From a virus, in the IMG/VR virus record IMGVR_UViG_3300022902_000006: 64,000 bases of DNA; one strand, 5' to 3'. Of this stretch, positions 18,803 to 28,481 are shown in pieces. A model generated the notes under the pieces. The model was not told the DNA's origin, searched no databases, and saw nothing but the letters and a program-made list of their open reading frames with translations. Each line of letters starts with the position of its first letter. Within the stretch, counting starts at the first letter, position 1. The translations under genes were made by a program, and so were the position numbers.

Positions 18803-19022
18803 TGATCTCACTTTCGGTAAACCTTGCGTTCCGGTCACCAACCGAGCGGTGAAGTTTCTTTGGTCGATGGTGGCTGGAGTGCCCACAGACGCGATCGGGT
18901 AAAGAAACTTTACCGCGACGGGCGGGGACCGGAAGGGATTGTTTGCTGACCGATTGTTTATTTCCCATCTGGGGGTGTAGCACCCCCTAAGCCCACTACG
19001 GCTGGCTTATTCACTGAGATCA
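18803..19022 (-). ncRNA. Retron msr-msd-like ncRNA
   Basis: Terminal inverted repeat TGATCTCA/TGAGATCA; G immediately after the 5' arm on the minus strand (19014); two short stem-loops (18988-19009, 18971-18987); ~140-nt long hairpin (18814-18953) with a 16-bp core stem. Confidence 0.72.
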
Positions 19023-19171
19023 AATAGGCAGGTGTCCTACTGGGAGTACGGGGTGCTCACTGTATTTTCTGTCTTCCAGCGGCCCGATTTTCAAGGCGCC
19101 TTTCTTTAACCCCTAACCTCGAATGCACCCCTTTTCTTATAGGGTGATAATAAATTCGAACTTATAGGGAT

Positions 19172-19201
19172 AAAGGAAAAGTTGCTGGCGTTGCGCCAGC
19201 A
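19172..19201 (-). terminator. Rho-independent terminator
   Basis: TGCTGGCG-TTG-CGCCAGCA 8-bp stem followed on the minus strand by ACTTTTCCTTT, downstream of gene 19237-20181. Confidence 0.65.
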
Positions 19202-19236
19202 TCCTTCAGAATGCGAAGGTGACTGAGCAGTAGACG

Positions 19237-20181
19237 TTAGCTCTCAGCCCCGTCGTCGCTTGGCGGTGCATCAGCAGATGGTGTCGACAATGCTTCGCGA
19301 GCCTGCTGCGAAGCACGCATTGCTGTCATCTGCTGCAACTGCCGCGCCCGTTGAAGCTGATCGGCTTCTCCGGACTTCAACGTCGGGGTGAGTCCGAACA
19401 GGGCTAAGCGCACCGTCTCCAGACCGACTGACCGGACCTCGGCGTTAGCCGGATAGTCCACGTCGATGTGGTGGTATGCGCTCATGGACCGGTACTCGTA
19501 GTTTCCGTCCCGGTTTGCTTGCACGAAGTCGGCGAAAGCTAACGCCACGCTTTCCTGCGGTGCGCTCTCCCCCGTACACGAACTCCGGTACAGGGTGAAG
19601 TCGAGCCCACCAAAAGCGATTGGTAAGAAATGCACACGGCCCTGCTCAATGTTGGGGTCGAGCAGGGTCGGGGAGTACAGTACGGCACGATTGGAATCCT
19701 GGGACTTGAGTGCACCCAAGATGGGACCTCGGAACGAATGGAAAACCCGCAGCTCCATTCCGTCCATCTTTACCTTATGGGTGTACATGACAGGCAACCA
19801 CACGTTCATCTTCACCAGCGGGGGCTTTGCCTCTTCATCGGCGTCATGCGCCGCCTTGAGACCCTCCCATGCGGACAACGCGGCCTGATACTTCTGGGTT
19901 TCCAGATCAGTAGCATCAGCGCCGGGGTCCACGGGCTGCGGGGTTGGAAATGGGGTAACGGGTACGACGACGGGTTCACTGATCTGATTCTCAGACGGCA
20001 CCAGCGATACTTCATCCTCCGGAATAACGATCTCGCTGCTGCGCTGCCCGGTCATCTCCTGTGTGAACTCGAAGGAGTGCCCACCCACCTCATGCCTCTT
20101 GGTGAACAGGTGGCTGTTACTGGAAGCTGAGCCTCGCTGCTGCTTCTGCTTCCCTTTCTTCTTGTTGGCCTGTCGTGTCAT
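19237..20181 (-). CDS. Hypothetical protein
   Basis: 314-aa ORF with K/Q-rich N-terminus; overlaps the end of the polymerase gene. Confidence 0.6.
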   Translation of the reverse strand: MTRQANKKKGKQKQQRGSASSNSHLFTKRHEVGGHSFEFTQEMTGQRSSEIVIPEDEVSLVPSENQISEPVVVPVTPFPTPQPVDPGADATDLETQKYQAALSAWEGLKAAHDADEEAKPPLVKMNVWLPVMYTHKVKMDGMELRVFHSFRGPILGALKSQDSNRAVLYSPTLLDPNIEQGRVHFLPIAFGGLDFTLYRSSCTGESAPQESVALAFADFVQANRDGNYEYRSMSAYHHIDVDYPANAEVRSVGLETVRLALFGLTPTLKSGEADQLQRARQLQQMTAMRASQQAREALSTPSADAPPSDDGAES

Positions 20182-23095
20182 GTGTGTGTCCTTTCAAGTA
20201 GTCGTCGATGGGGTTTACCTCACCGTAGTTTGGACCCGCATCAACATCCCAGAGAAACGGTACCGTGAGCCAGTTAAACCTCTTTGCTACTCGGCGAGTG
20301 CCGTACTCATAAATAACATCTTTGATCTGCGAAGTGTACTTGTGTGGGATTGAAAACACAATGGAATCGTGCACGGTTGCATGGTAAGCGCCGCCCATGT
20401 CGTTGGTGACCACGGGGAACAGCTCATTCATGACCCACAATACGATGTCTGAACTGGTGCTTTGAATCTTGAAATTCACGCCCTGCCGAAAACAGCGATT
20501 GCGAAACATGTACTGGTCGGCGAGCGGGAACCGGCGTTTCCGTCCTGTCTTGGTGTACAGGCTCTTGAACAACCGGATTTCATTATGCGTAGCTTGGATG
20601 TACTCAGGGATGGAAGGAAACATCTTGAACATCAAGTTGATGACGTCCTGTGCCTCTTCTTCTGAGATCCCTGCCGTTAGCGAAATGGTGTACTTGCCTG
20701 CACCATACAACACACCAAACACAACGCGCTTGGTAATGGTGCGCTTCATCTTCAGGAAATCACGGCGTTCCTTGGGGATGCTCTTATCGCCACGCTTCGC
20801 CGCTACGATTTCATCGTAGTCCAGGCCGAAGACCTTGGAAGCGAAGAAGGAGTGAGTGTCCATCCCGGCCAGGATGGCGTCGATGAGCTGCTTATCTTTC
20901 GCGTACGCAGCGAAGATGCGAACCTCTGCACCTTGCGCGTCAGTGTCGATGAGCGTCATTCCAGGCAGGGGCCTGAAGATCTTCTTGATGTTGTGCCCTG
21001 CCAGCCAATGCGGGATGTTCTGCAGGTTTTCGTCTGACGACGACAAGCGCCCCGAGTTGGTACCGATGATATGCACTGAGGCGTGCATCCTACCGTCGAT
21101 GCGTGCGTGGTCTCGCACATTAACGAGGAAGGGGCTCCGCGCTTTAGATGCTTTACGGTGCGTCAGGAGGAGCTTCGGGAAGTTATACCCATACTGCTTT
21201 TGGATGTAGAGCAGCGTATCTTCATCTGCGCTGACACCCGTCTTGGTGCGTTTAATGTCGTCGGTGAGGGGTACCACAACCCGCTGTCCGTCTTCGACGA
21301 ACCCTGTGTTGAACAGGATGTTAGAGACTTGCGGAAAGCTGGAGACATCAAAGGGGCTACCGACGCTTTCGTATAGCTCCCTCTCCGCCTTATCAATCTC
21401 ACCCTGGAGGGCCGTATCCACGGACTCCAAATACGGAAGGTCTACAGGGAACCCCGTATACTTCATCCGCGATAGCGTATTACTGGTAGGGATGACGTGG
21501 GTACGCATAAGGCGCCCCACGGGACGACTATCCGACGCACGCTCTACCCCGAGAACAGTCCTGCGCAAGCGTAGGTCCGTAGCATGCTCCGCCCGAAGAC
21601 GCCGCACCTGGTGCAAAACGTGCTGACGCGTTACGTCGGCATCGATAGCAGCGTAGAACTCCAGGTCCGGGATAGGAATCTTCGTGTAGTCGAAGGGCTC
21701 TTTTGCGGTTGGGCGTGATGGTGGCTTGGGTGCTCGTGGCTTGGGCGGTTTTTTCCCCCACGCAGCCTTATCCATGCGCCGCTTCTCTGACTTCGCCAGT
21801 ATCTTTTCAGCGGCTTTCGCACCATGCCACTTATCCATCGCAGCGCTGTACCGTGCGTACAGGGGTTCGTACGTGGTCTGCTTTACGGCGTAAATCCGCA
21901 GCCGATCCTCGTACTTTTCCATGGCTTTACGAAAGCGCTTTGCTTCCTGCGCCCTAGTCCCACTGCCGTAGCGCTCCCGCTCTTCATCAACCTTGTCTTC
22001 GTACCCCGCGTACTTGGGGAGGCGTGCTCGGGTCAAGTTCTTCAAGCCGTACTGGCCTTTCTTGTCCTCCTCCAAGAGGTGCTCACCGGGCATGGTGTCC
22101 CACGCCACATTCTCCAGGGGCCACCCGTACGCACACTCAATCATCTGCGAGTCGTACTGATGGTTGTGCAGCGCTTTGGGCTTCTTGGACGCCAAGACTT
22201 GGATAACCCAGTATTTGACCTCTTCCAACTCTTCTGGAGTCCACCACGCATCTGGGTGGTCTAGGATGATGGTTGTAGCTAACCGCTCATCCCACGCAAA
22301 AGAGATGGCAATCATCAACCGTGTAGGGTCCCAAGGTTCCAAGGTGTTCGTCTCAGTATCCACTGAGATGAGGTGCGCTTCAGGGTCCCCACCATTCACT
22401 GAGTACCCAATGATTTCTGTGCACACATCTTTGACTTCATCCACGGTGCGCGGAAAGATGTAGGTCTCTCGCAGGTACGCCTCGCTGTGCTTGTCCGCAC
22501 CGAGCCCACCGCCCTCAGCGAACGCAAACGCTTTGGTCAGGTCCCGGCACATCTCATCGAACAAGCCCGGTTTGGCCAACACTGCTTTGGGTGCGAGGGT
22601 GGGGCACACATAGAACTGCTGACGGCGCACGGCACCCTGAACAAAAGTACCTCTCACACTTTCGAAATTCTTTATATGAGGGAGGAGAACCTCGGTCGCC
22701 GCTGCACCGAATGGGATGATCAGCGTGGGCTTCAGCGTTTGAATCAGCGCATCCAGGTGCACCTTGCACTTATCGTGCGCGGCCTTGCTTGGCTTCTCCG
22801 ACGCACACTGGACCGTGTACGCCTTGTGTACCTGGAGGGCGTTGAAACGCGCCATACCTTCTGGGGTACTATCGTACTCCTTACGCACGGCGTTATACGC
22901 TGCTTGTATAACCTTACCAGGACGGTCCAGGAAAGGGACAAGCTGACTGGAGTATTCGAGGTCTGGAGCTTCGCCTAAAAGGAGTACCGTGGTGCCACCC
23001 GGGGCAGGAATCGCATCAGGGTGCACCCGTATCGGCTCTTCGAAGAGCGGACAACCTTGGCATGCAATTGGTTTTAACGGAGTGACATTTCCCAT
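20117..23095 (-). CDS. polA: Family A DNA polymerase with N-terminal uracil-DNA-glycosylase-like domain and 3'-5' exonuclease
   Basis: UDG family-4-like CxxC...GEAP. Exonuclease SVDTET, HNHQYD and YAAIDAD. Polymerase GRLSSSDENLQNIP, motif A DTDAQGAEVR, motif B RTITKRVVFGVLYG, motif C TVHDSI. Confidence 0.93.
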   Translation of the reverse strand: MGNVTPLKPIACQGCPLFEEPIRVHPDAIPAPGGTTVLLLGEAPDLEYSSQLVPFLDRPGKVIQAAYNAVRKEYDSTPEGMARFNALQVHKAYTVQCASEKPSKAAHDKCKVHLDALIQTLKPTLIIPFGAAATEVLLPHIKNFESVRGTFVQGAVRRQQFYVCPTLAPKAVLAKPGLFDEMCRDLTKAFAFAEGGGLGADKHSEAYLRETYIFPRTVDEVKDVCTEIIGYSVNGGDPEAHLISVDTETNTLEPWDPTRLMIAISFAWDERLATTIILDHPDAWWTPEELEEVKYWVIQVLASKKPKALHNHQYDSQMIECAYGWPLENVAWDTMPGEHLLEEDKKGQYGLKNLTRARLPKYAGYEDKVDEERERYGSGTRAQEAKRFRKAMEKYEDRLRIYAVKQTTYEPLYARYSAAMDKWHGAKAAEKILAKSEKRRMDKAAWGKKPPKPRAPKPPSRPTAKEPFDYTKIPIPDLEFYAAIDADVTRQHVLHQVRRLRAEHATDLRLRRTVLGVERASDSRPVGRLMRTHVIPTSNTLSRMKYTGFPVDLPYLESVDTALQGEIDKAERELYESVGSPFDVSSFPQVSNILFNTGFVEDGQRVVVPLTDDIKRTKTGVSADEDTLLYIQKQYGYNFPKLLLTHRKASKARSPFLVNVRDHARIDGRMHASVHIIGTNSGRLSSSDENLQNIPHWLAGHNIKKIFRPLPGMTLIDTDAQGAEVRIFAAYAKDKQLIDAILAGMDTHSFFASKVFGLDYDEIVAAKRGDKSIPKERRDFLKMKRTITKRVVFGVLYGAGKYTISLTAGISEEEAQDVINLMFKMFPSIPEYIQATHNEIRLFKSLYTKTGRKRRFPLADQYMFRNRCFRQGVNFKIQSTSSDIVLWVMNELFPVVTNDMGGAYHATVHDSIVFSIPHKYTSQIKDVIYEYGTRRVAKRFNWLTVPFLWDVDAGPNYGEVNPIDDYLKGHTHDTTGQQEEREAEAAARLSFQ
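21882..21894. repeat. TTTAC-N3-GTAAA palindrome
   Basis: TTTACGGCGTAAA. Confidence 0.85.
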
Positions 23096-26000
23096 TAGTA
23101 GTCGAGCCCGTCGTCTTTTTTAACCTTACGGGGCTCTACTTTGCTTGTACCAGGGGTAGCTTCTTTTTTAGGACTGGGGACAACAACGAGGTGCCTACCC
23201 GCGCGCTTCATCAGCGCGTCTGAAACAGGGTTCTTCAGCACTTCATCGAAGCCACGCATGTTGGGGATGCGTGTGCGATCAGGGAGCACGAGCGAACCGT
23301 CAGGCATAGCCTTGACCGTTGCGACGTGGTCCCCTGTCGCGTCTCCTTTCTTTGCAGTAATGTCAGACACGAGCCCATTCATATTGTAAGCGCTGATAGG
23401 GAAGTCCCGCACCATGCGTCCCATATAGGGTCCGAGCCTCTTGAACACACCACTCTTTTCTAGCTCGCGATCCTTGATGTGGTACACACTACGTTGTGCC
23501 TGGTTCTTGAGCCAACTGGCACTCTTGTTGCGAAACTCGGAGGACCCAAGGACTGCGGTCTTCACCGTCACCCAATTAACGATCAACCACCCGGTAATGG
23601 GGTCGTAATACAATCCGCTACTCGATTGGTTGAGCGCGTTGGGCTCCGCGCCTCCTAGAATTTCTATAGCGGTACGTGGACGTATGTCACCGATGTTGCC
23701 GGTCCTGATTGTGGGCGTCGAAATCAGTTCTCGGAAAATCTCCTCACTGAACGTGGACGTCGCAAGGCGCTTCATGTGGGATTGGTGTGCTTTGTAGTAA
23801 TCCTTGATGAACTCATCGGAGTTACGCCCACACACTTCCATGATTGCCATGGCACCATAGTAGTGTTCTCGCACGCGTGTCATGCCCTTATACTTCGTGA
23901 GGGCACCACCATCTTGGTAACGCTTATAGATGTCGAAGTAGGCGTCACGCACGTTCTTGGCTGCGTGGTACATCAACAACGGCAATTCGTATCGGAGCTT
24001 CTGGATGACCTCCTTACCGAAGTCGCGGAGCAGCACTGCTTCAGGGGAGCTGCGTGTTGCTTTGCGATCCATTTCGATAACGATGAACCGAGACAGGTCC
24101 TCCAGTGTGTGCAACCCACGAATGCCCGCAGTGATGACAGGACAACGGAAAGCATACTCCAGGTGCCTACCAGAAGTGCTTCCGATGACAGTGAGCCCAT
24201 CCTCGTTGGTCAAACCACGGAAGAGCTGGAGTAGTGTACGGCACACAACGCTTCGCCGATCATTGCCACCCGTATCTTCGAATTCATCCAGGCAGCACGC
24301 CTCCGTCGAGTGATTGAACTTCTGGCGCACACCTGCTGCCGTGTAGTTGTCCATGAACAGCGCCGGGAGAACGATGTTGATGCTGGGCAAGTTACCGCGC
24401 CCAATGAGCCCACCCATGAGGCTAGACTTGCCGCTCTGGGCCTCTGCGTTGAACATCAGAAGGATTTGGCGGGGCAGCGCATCAGAGATGAAGATTTGTA
24501 GCACCAACGCCGCTACCAGGTCGCAGGTGACTTCGTGGTTCTTGAAGTCCCACCCTGCGCTTACCATCTCACGAATCTTTGCGAGAGCTTCCGACAACGT
24601 CAAGGAGGGCATTCTGTTCAGGTCATCAGCGTTCTTGATGTGGGGGTAGATACACCGAGGCCAGTGCCCGGGTTCCGCGTACACGACAACGTTGTTCTTG
24701 ACATCGGTGGGACCTGCCAGCTTCTCCCACACTGCGCGGTCCTTATCGTAGTGTGCTTTGTACAGGTCCATGCCGTTGACCAAGTACGCAGTCATCTCTC
24801 CTTCTTCTGTCACCACGGTGTGGTACCCAGCGCCCAGCGTCTTCACTTCCTGCTGATTTGGGAGGTTGGCGCACAAGTTACCTACGGCAGTAGTAGCGTA
24901 ATCGCTCAACGCCTTCTCGTAGCGCAGATAGAAGATGTCTCCCTTCCCCGCGTACTCTTCCAGAAACTCAGGCTCTCCGATGTTTTCCTTGACCCACTGG
25001 TAGATGTCACAGCCCATCATGACCTGCAGAGTCACACGCAACTGCTTGGGGTCTCCGAGAGGGAGGTCGTAGATGCACTTCGTCACGATGTCCCACACCT
25101 GCAACTTTTGCTGGGATCCAATCTCGTGCCGCTTGAGAATGTGGAGGCGCGACGCCAACACGGTGCGGAGCCGCTCAATGAACGCCTCTTCGTTTTCGTC
25201 CCCTGACACCAGCTCAGTCAGGACTTGACCACCATTGATGCTGTGCTGTGCGGCCACAGCCTGTATGTACGCTTGCTGCTCTGTAGGGTCTCGTACAAAG
25301 CGGCCCCACTTCGCCGCCACGTTTGTCAAGTAGCGAATATCTTCTTCGGGGATGGACGCCATCTCTTGCAGCGCCCTCGCCTCCGCCCACTTGTACGGGA
25401 ATTCGAAGTTCGTGGGATCACGGAGGGAGGCTTCCACTGTGGCCAAACCGAAGGTGTTAATGAGGTCATCCGGGTCGGGCGCATCATTCCCCTGGATAGC
25501 CATGGCAGCGGGCCAACCGTACACACGCAGTGCCAACTTCAGCGTTGTACTGAGTACCTGTCGTACCCACCCCTCGCCCCCGTCGTCGTTGTCCCCAACA
25601 AGGTATCCAGAGTTGAAACCGAACTCACGCAAAACATCCATGCTATCGACGGACCCACCTCCCCCACTAAAGACGAGCATGCCCACGTTGTGGGTGGCCA
25701 CTTGCCGCGCATGGAAGGCGAGGGCATCGAACTCCCCCTCAACTACGTGACACGAGTCCACATCGTTCGCCGCGATGTACGCGGTGTAGGGTGGGATGCC
25801 GTACAACCCGAGCAGGCCATTGGACGTCTCCAGATCGTCAGGGAGGTACTTTGTGACCTTCGGCGCCGTCGTGCTGAAGCCAGCCCCAGAAGCCGCAGGG
25901 ACCTGGCGCACCTTAATGCGGCAAATCTCCTCCGGTGACGCCCCTGTGTAGAACATCACGGACCCGAGCCATTGGGAGTTGTTGTACACCGGCTCCAGGT

Positions 26001-26643
26001 ACTTCTGCGTGTCGGCCCAGCGGTCTTTCAGGTTGTGCAACTTGACGTACTGGTCCACCAACACCTGAAGCCGTGCTTTGGGTGGGAGGACGCCCAAGGG
26101 GAGGAGGTGGTGTACGCCTGAGATGCCGCGTGATGTTAGATAGCGTACAGCGTTCAGCGCGTAAGCCAAGTCAGGAGGAGCATTGGGCTGTGAGGCGTCA
26201 ATCAGCTCACCCTGCGTAATCTCGTGCAGCATCCGCTTGATGTCACGGCGGTTCTGCCTTTTGGATAGTTCACGAATCGCCGTCTTCGGCAATCGAATGC
26301 TGAAGCGGTCCTTCATTTCGTTGACCGCAGCGGCGTAGTTCAGATTATGGAGCTGGGAGTAAAAGCGGATGGGGTCCCAGAAGTACGCGTCACAATTTGT
26401 GGAGAGGCACTTCGCGTACTTGTGTTCCAGGTTGACCATGAACGACGGACTTCGGTCGCTATGGAAGGGACACAACCCCATGATGCGGGGACCTGAGATC
26501 GCCCACTTGTTTCCACCGTGGACGTTGTTCAGTATGTGCAACCAGTCGCGTACGTTGATGCTACTCCACAGCGCACGCAGCTTGGTGGGATGTATCTTCG
26601 CTAATACTTTATTCGACGGTCCCTTCTTATCATTCCCTGGCAT
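23095..26643 (-). CDS. DnaG-type primase fused to a P-loop NTPase/helicase
   Basis: CHC2 zinc finger CPFHSDRSPSF...C, TOPRIM VVEGEFD and GDNDDGG, C-terminal Walker A AEAQSGKSS and Walker B CCLDEFE. Confidence 0.85.
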   Translation of the reverse strand: MPGNDKKGPSNKVLAKIHPTKLRALWSSINVRDWLHILNNVHGGNKWAISGPRIMGLCPFHSDRSPSFMVNLEHKYAKCLSTNCDAYFWDPIRFYSQLHNLNYAAAVNEMKDRFSIRLPKTAIRELSKRQNRRDIKRMLHEITQGELIDASQPNAPPDLAYALNAVRYLTSRGISGVHHLLPLGVLPPKARLQVLVDQYVKLHNLKDRWADTQKYLEPVYNNSQWLGSVMFYTGASPEEICRIKVRQVPAASGAGFSTTAPKVTKYLPDDLETSNGLLGLYGIPPYTAYIAANDVDSCHVVEGEFDALAFHARQVATHNVGMLVFSGGGGSVDSMDVLREFGFNSGYLVGDNDDGGEGWVRQVLSTTLKLALRVYGWPAAMAIQGNDAPDPDDLINTFGLATVEASLRDPTNFEFPYKWAEARALQEMASIPEEDIRYLTNVAAKWGRFVRDPTEQQAYIQAVAAQHSINGGQVLTELVSGDENEEAFIERLRTVLASRLHILKRHEIGSQQKLQVWDIVTKCIYDLPLGDPKQLRVTLQVMMGCDIYQWVKENIGEPEFLEEYAGKGDIFYLRYEKALSDYATTAVGNLCANLPNQQEVKTLGAGYHTVVTEEGEMTAYLVNGMDLYKAHYDKDRAVWEKLAGPTDVKNNVVVYAEPGHWPRCIYPHIKNADDLNRMPSLTLSEALAKIREMVSAGWDFKNHEVTCDLVAALVLQIFISDALPRQILLMFNAEAQSGKSSLMGGLIGRGNLPSINIVLPALFMDNYTAAGVRQKFNHSTEACCLDEFEDTGGNDRRSVVCRTLLQLFRGLTNEDGLTVIGSTSGRHLEYAFRCPVITAGIRGLHTLEDLSRFIVIEMDRKATRSSPEAVLLRDFGKEVIQKLRYELPLLMYHAAKNVRDAYFDIYKRYQDGGALTKYKGMTRVREHYYGAMAIMEVCGRNSDEFIKDYYKAHQSHMKRLATSTFSEEIFRELISTPTIRTGNIGDIRPRTAIEILGGAEPNALNQSSSGLYYDPITGWLIVNWVTVKTAVLGSSEFRNKSASWLKNQAQRSVYHIKDRELEKSGVFKRLGPYMGRMVRDFPISAYNMNGLVSDITAKKGDATGDHVATVKAMPDGSLVLPDRTRIPNMRGFDEVLKNPVSDALMKRAGRHLVVVPSPKKEATPGTSKVEPRKVKKDDGLDY

Positions 26644-26663
26644 ATCATGTGCTACCTATAAGG

Positions 26664-27467
26664 CTAGTATGCGGGACACACGGGGCGCTGCCCGCAGTAG
26701 TCACACAACCAACCTTTGATGGCCTCCCGTTTCTGTGTGGCGTCAGCCGCTGAGGCCAGCCACGTTTCGAACTCACGACGTAGGATCGGCAAATCATGCG
26801 TACGAGTCAGCGCGGTACCCCAGCGAATACGACTTCCGTCCTTATCCGGGTCGGCTCCCGGGTAGTGAACAGCCGGACGAACCGACTTCAGCTCAGGGTA
26901 TGCTACGAATGCGCCAAGCGAGTACACGCGGAGCTGCGGGAGGCGCTCCTCGATTGCGATCTCTTCGCCTGCTTTGTGGTCAAGCACGATGCCGTGCCAT
27001 TGAGGGGTGATGAGGAGGAGGTCAATGATACCCCGGAACAGGGCGTCCTTGCCCCACCAGCCACACGGCTTGTACAACGCCGTCATCGCCAACTTATGTT
27101 CCGGGTATTTACCGCGTAAACCAAACTTGGCTTCGAACGCTGCCATGCGGTCGCGGAAGTCCTCGATAGCTTCGCGGTACATCATGACCCGCTCTGTCAT
27201 CTCATACGTGAGTGGCTTCTTGCCCAGCGCCATTTCGTACGCGACGCTGACCTTGGCACCCTTTGCCACCAGTTCCAGGATGTAGTGCACCGCGTCCCCG
27301 ATGCACGAAATAGCAGAGCGGGGCTCCTTCGACTTGGCCTTCTTACGGTACTGTTGGTGATATGCGAAGGGACACGTCTTGGCTGTGCTCCCTTTTGAAT
27401 ACGTCCAGGGGCGTGCAGCCTCGATGTCGGGAGTCACCAATACCACATGCTGTTCAGAATCGGCCAC
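26664..27467 (-). CDS. PD-(D/E)XK nuclease (RecB/Cas4-like, Fe-S Cys pattern)
   Basis: YS...TCP, GIIDLL, VLDHK, QLRVY and C-terminal CDYC...C. Confidence 0.82.
   Translation of the reverse strand: MADSEQHVVLVTPDIEAARPWTYSKGSTAKTCPFAYHQQYRKKAKSKEPRSAISCIGDAVHYILELVAKGAKVSVAYEMALGKKPLTYEMTERVMMYREAIEDFRDRMAAFEAKFGLRGKYPEHKLAMTALYKPCGWWGKDALFRGIIDLLLITPQWHGIVLDHKAGEEIAIEERLPQLRVYSLGAFVAYPELKSVRPAVHYPGADPDKDGSRIRWGTALTRTHDLPILRREFETWLASAADATQKREAIKGWLCDYCGQRPVCPAY
27108..27120. repeat. TTTAC-N3-GTAAA palindrome
   Basis: TTTACCGCGTAAA. Confidence 0.85.
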
Positions 27468-27487
27468 GAGAGGTCACCTGTCCTATC

Positions 27488-27528
27488 AAAAAAACGGGGG
27501 CCGACGCGCCTACATACGCCGACCCCCG
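27488..27528 (-). terminator. Rho-independent terminator
   Basis: Minus-strand GC-rich ~12-bp stem (CGGGG...CCCCG) followed by T7. Confidence 0.7.
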
Positions 27529-27560
27529 AAACTGCTCAGAACAAAAAGCGCCGGACTCGG

Positions 27561-28481
27561 CTACAGCTTGACGTCGGGATTGGGGCTGTCGCCCTCGGTC
27601 CCTGCCGTCAGCTTGTCAGGATCGATGTTCTCCTCGATATCCGCCGCTTCCGCCTGCTTCGCGGTGACCTCAGTCCAGTGCTTCTCCAGGTACGTGGCCC
27701 GCGCGGAGCGCACCATGTCATACAGCGCGACGCACGCCTCCCGGAAGTGCGCCGGGGTGTCTTCGGCCTGACCGCTGGCCTTGAAGCTGTAGAACACACC
27801 CTTGTCGTTCTTCTCCTCCTTGGAGGAGAGCGTCATCCAGCGATCCCAGAGGTCATCGACCTCGTCAGCCAGCCCGATGATCTGGTTTCCGGCCTTGCGG
27901 GAGGTACGGAAGAACTCCAGTTGGTACAGCTTCAGGTTGTGCTTGGCCAGGACCATGGCCACCCAGCCGTTGTCGCAGTCCGTGAAATCGCCGCCCTTGT
28001 TCTTCCCGAAGGGGAGCTGGATGCACTTGTCGCAGAGGCCGAAACGATGGCCGAGCCGGGCATCCGGGGCGAAGCAGACGGGTGCCGCCTGCTGGTCAGC
28101 CGGGAACATCCGGTTGGCCTCGAACATGTACAGGGGCACGAACTCGAAGGGTGCCTGCACGAGCGCCCCAGAGGACGTGAAGAAGTTGCCCGGGACAGCG
28201 CCATCGGGCTTGTTGCGCGTGGTGCCCTGGACCATGCGGAGCACCGGGGTCTGGATTTGTGCTTGTGCCTCCTCCAGTCCGCGACGCTTGGGGTTGATGG
28301 TAGCCATGATTCGCTCAAGCATGGCGACCGCGTCCGGATCGTCCTTGTGGCGATCCACGATGTCGGTGAGCACCGTGGTGGCACCCTCCTTGGCCTCGGT
28401 CAGCGCGACAAGGTACGGGTCTTGCGTGGCAATCTTGTCACCGGTGTCGGCAGCGTCGCCACCGGTCTGTGCATCAGACAT
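27561..28481 (-). CDS. Putative ssDNA-binding/recombination protein
   Basis: Lies in the replication cluster; aromatic beta-strand motifs, Cys cluster, acidic C-terminal tail, strong GC3 bias. Confidence 0.4.
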   Translation of the reverse strand: MSDAQTGGDAADTGDKIATQDPYLVALTEAKEGATTVLTDIVDRHKDDPDAVAMLERIMATINPKRRGLEEAQAQIQTPVLRMVQGTTRNKPDGAVPGNFFTSSGALVQAPFEFVPLYMFEANRMFPADQQAAPVCFAPDARLGHRFGLCDKCIQLPFGKNKGGDFTDCDNGWVAMVLAKHNLKLYQLEFFRTSRKAGNQIIGLADEVDDLWDRWMTLSSKEEKNDKGVFYSFKASGQAEDTPAHFREACVALYDMVRSARATYLEKHWTEVTAKQAEAADIEENIDPDKLTAGTEGDSPNPDVKL

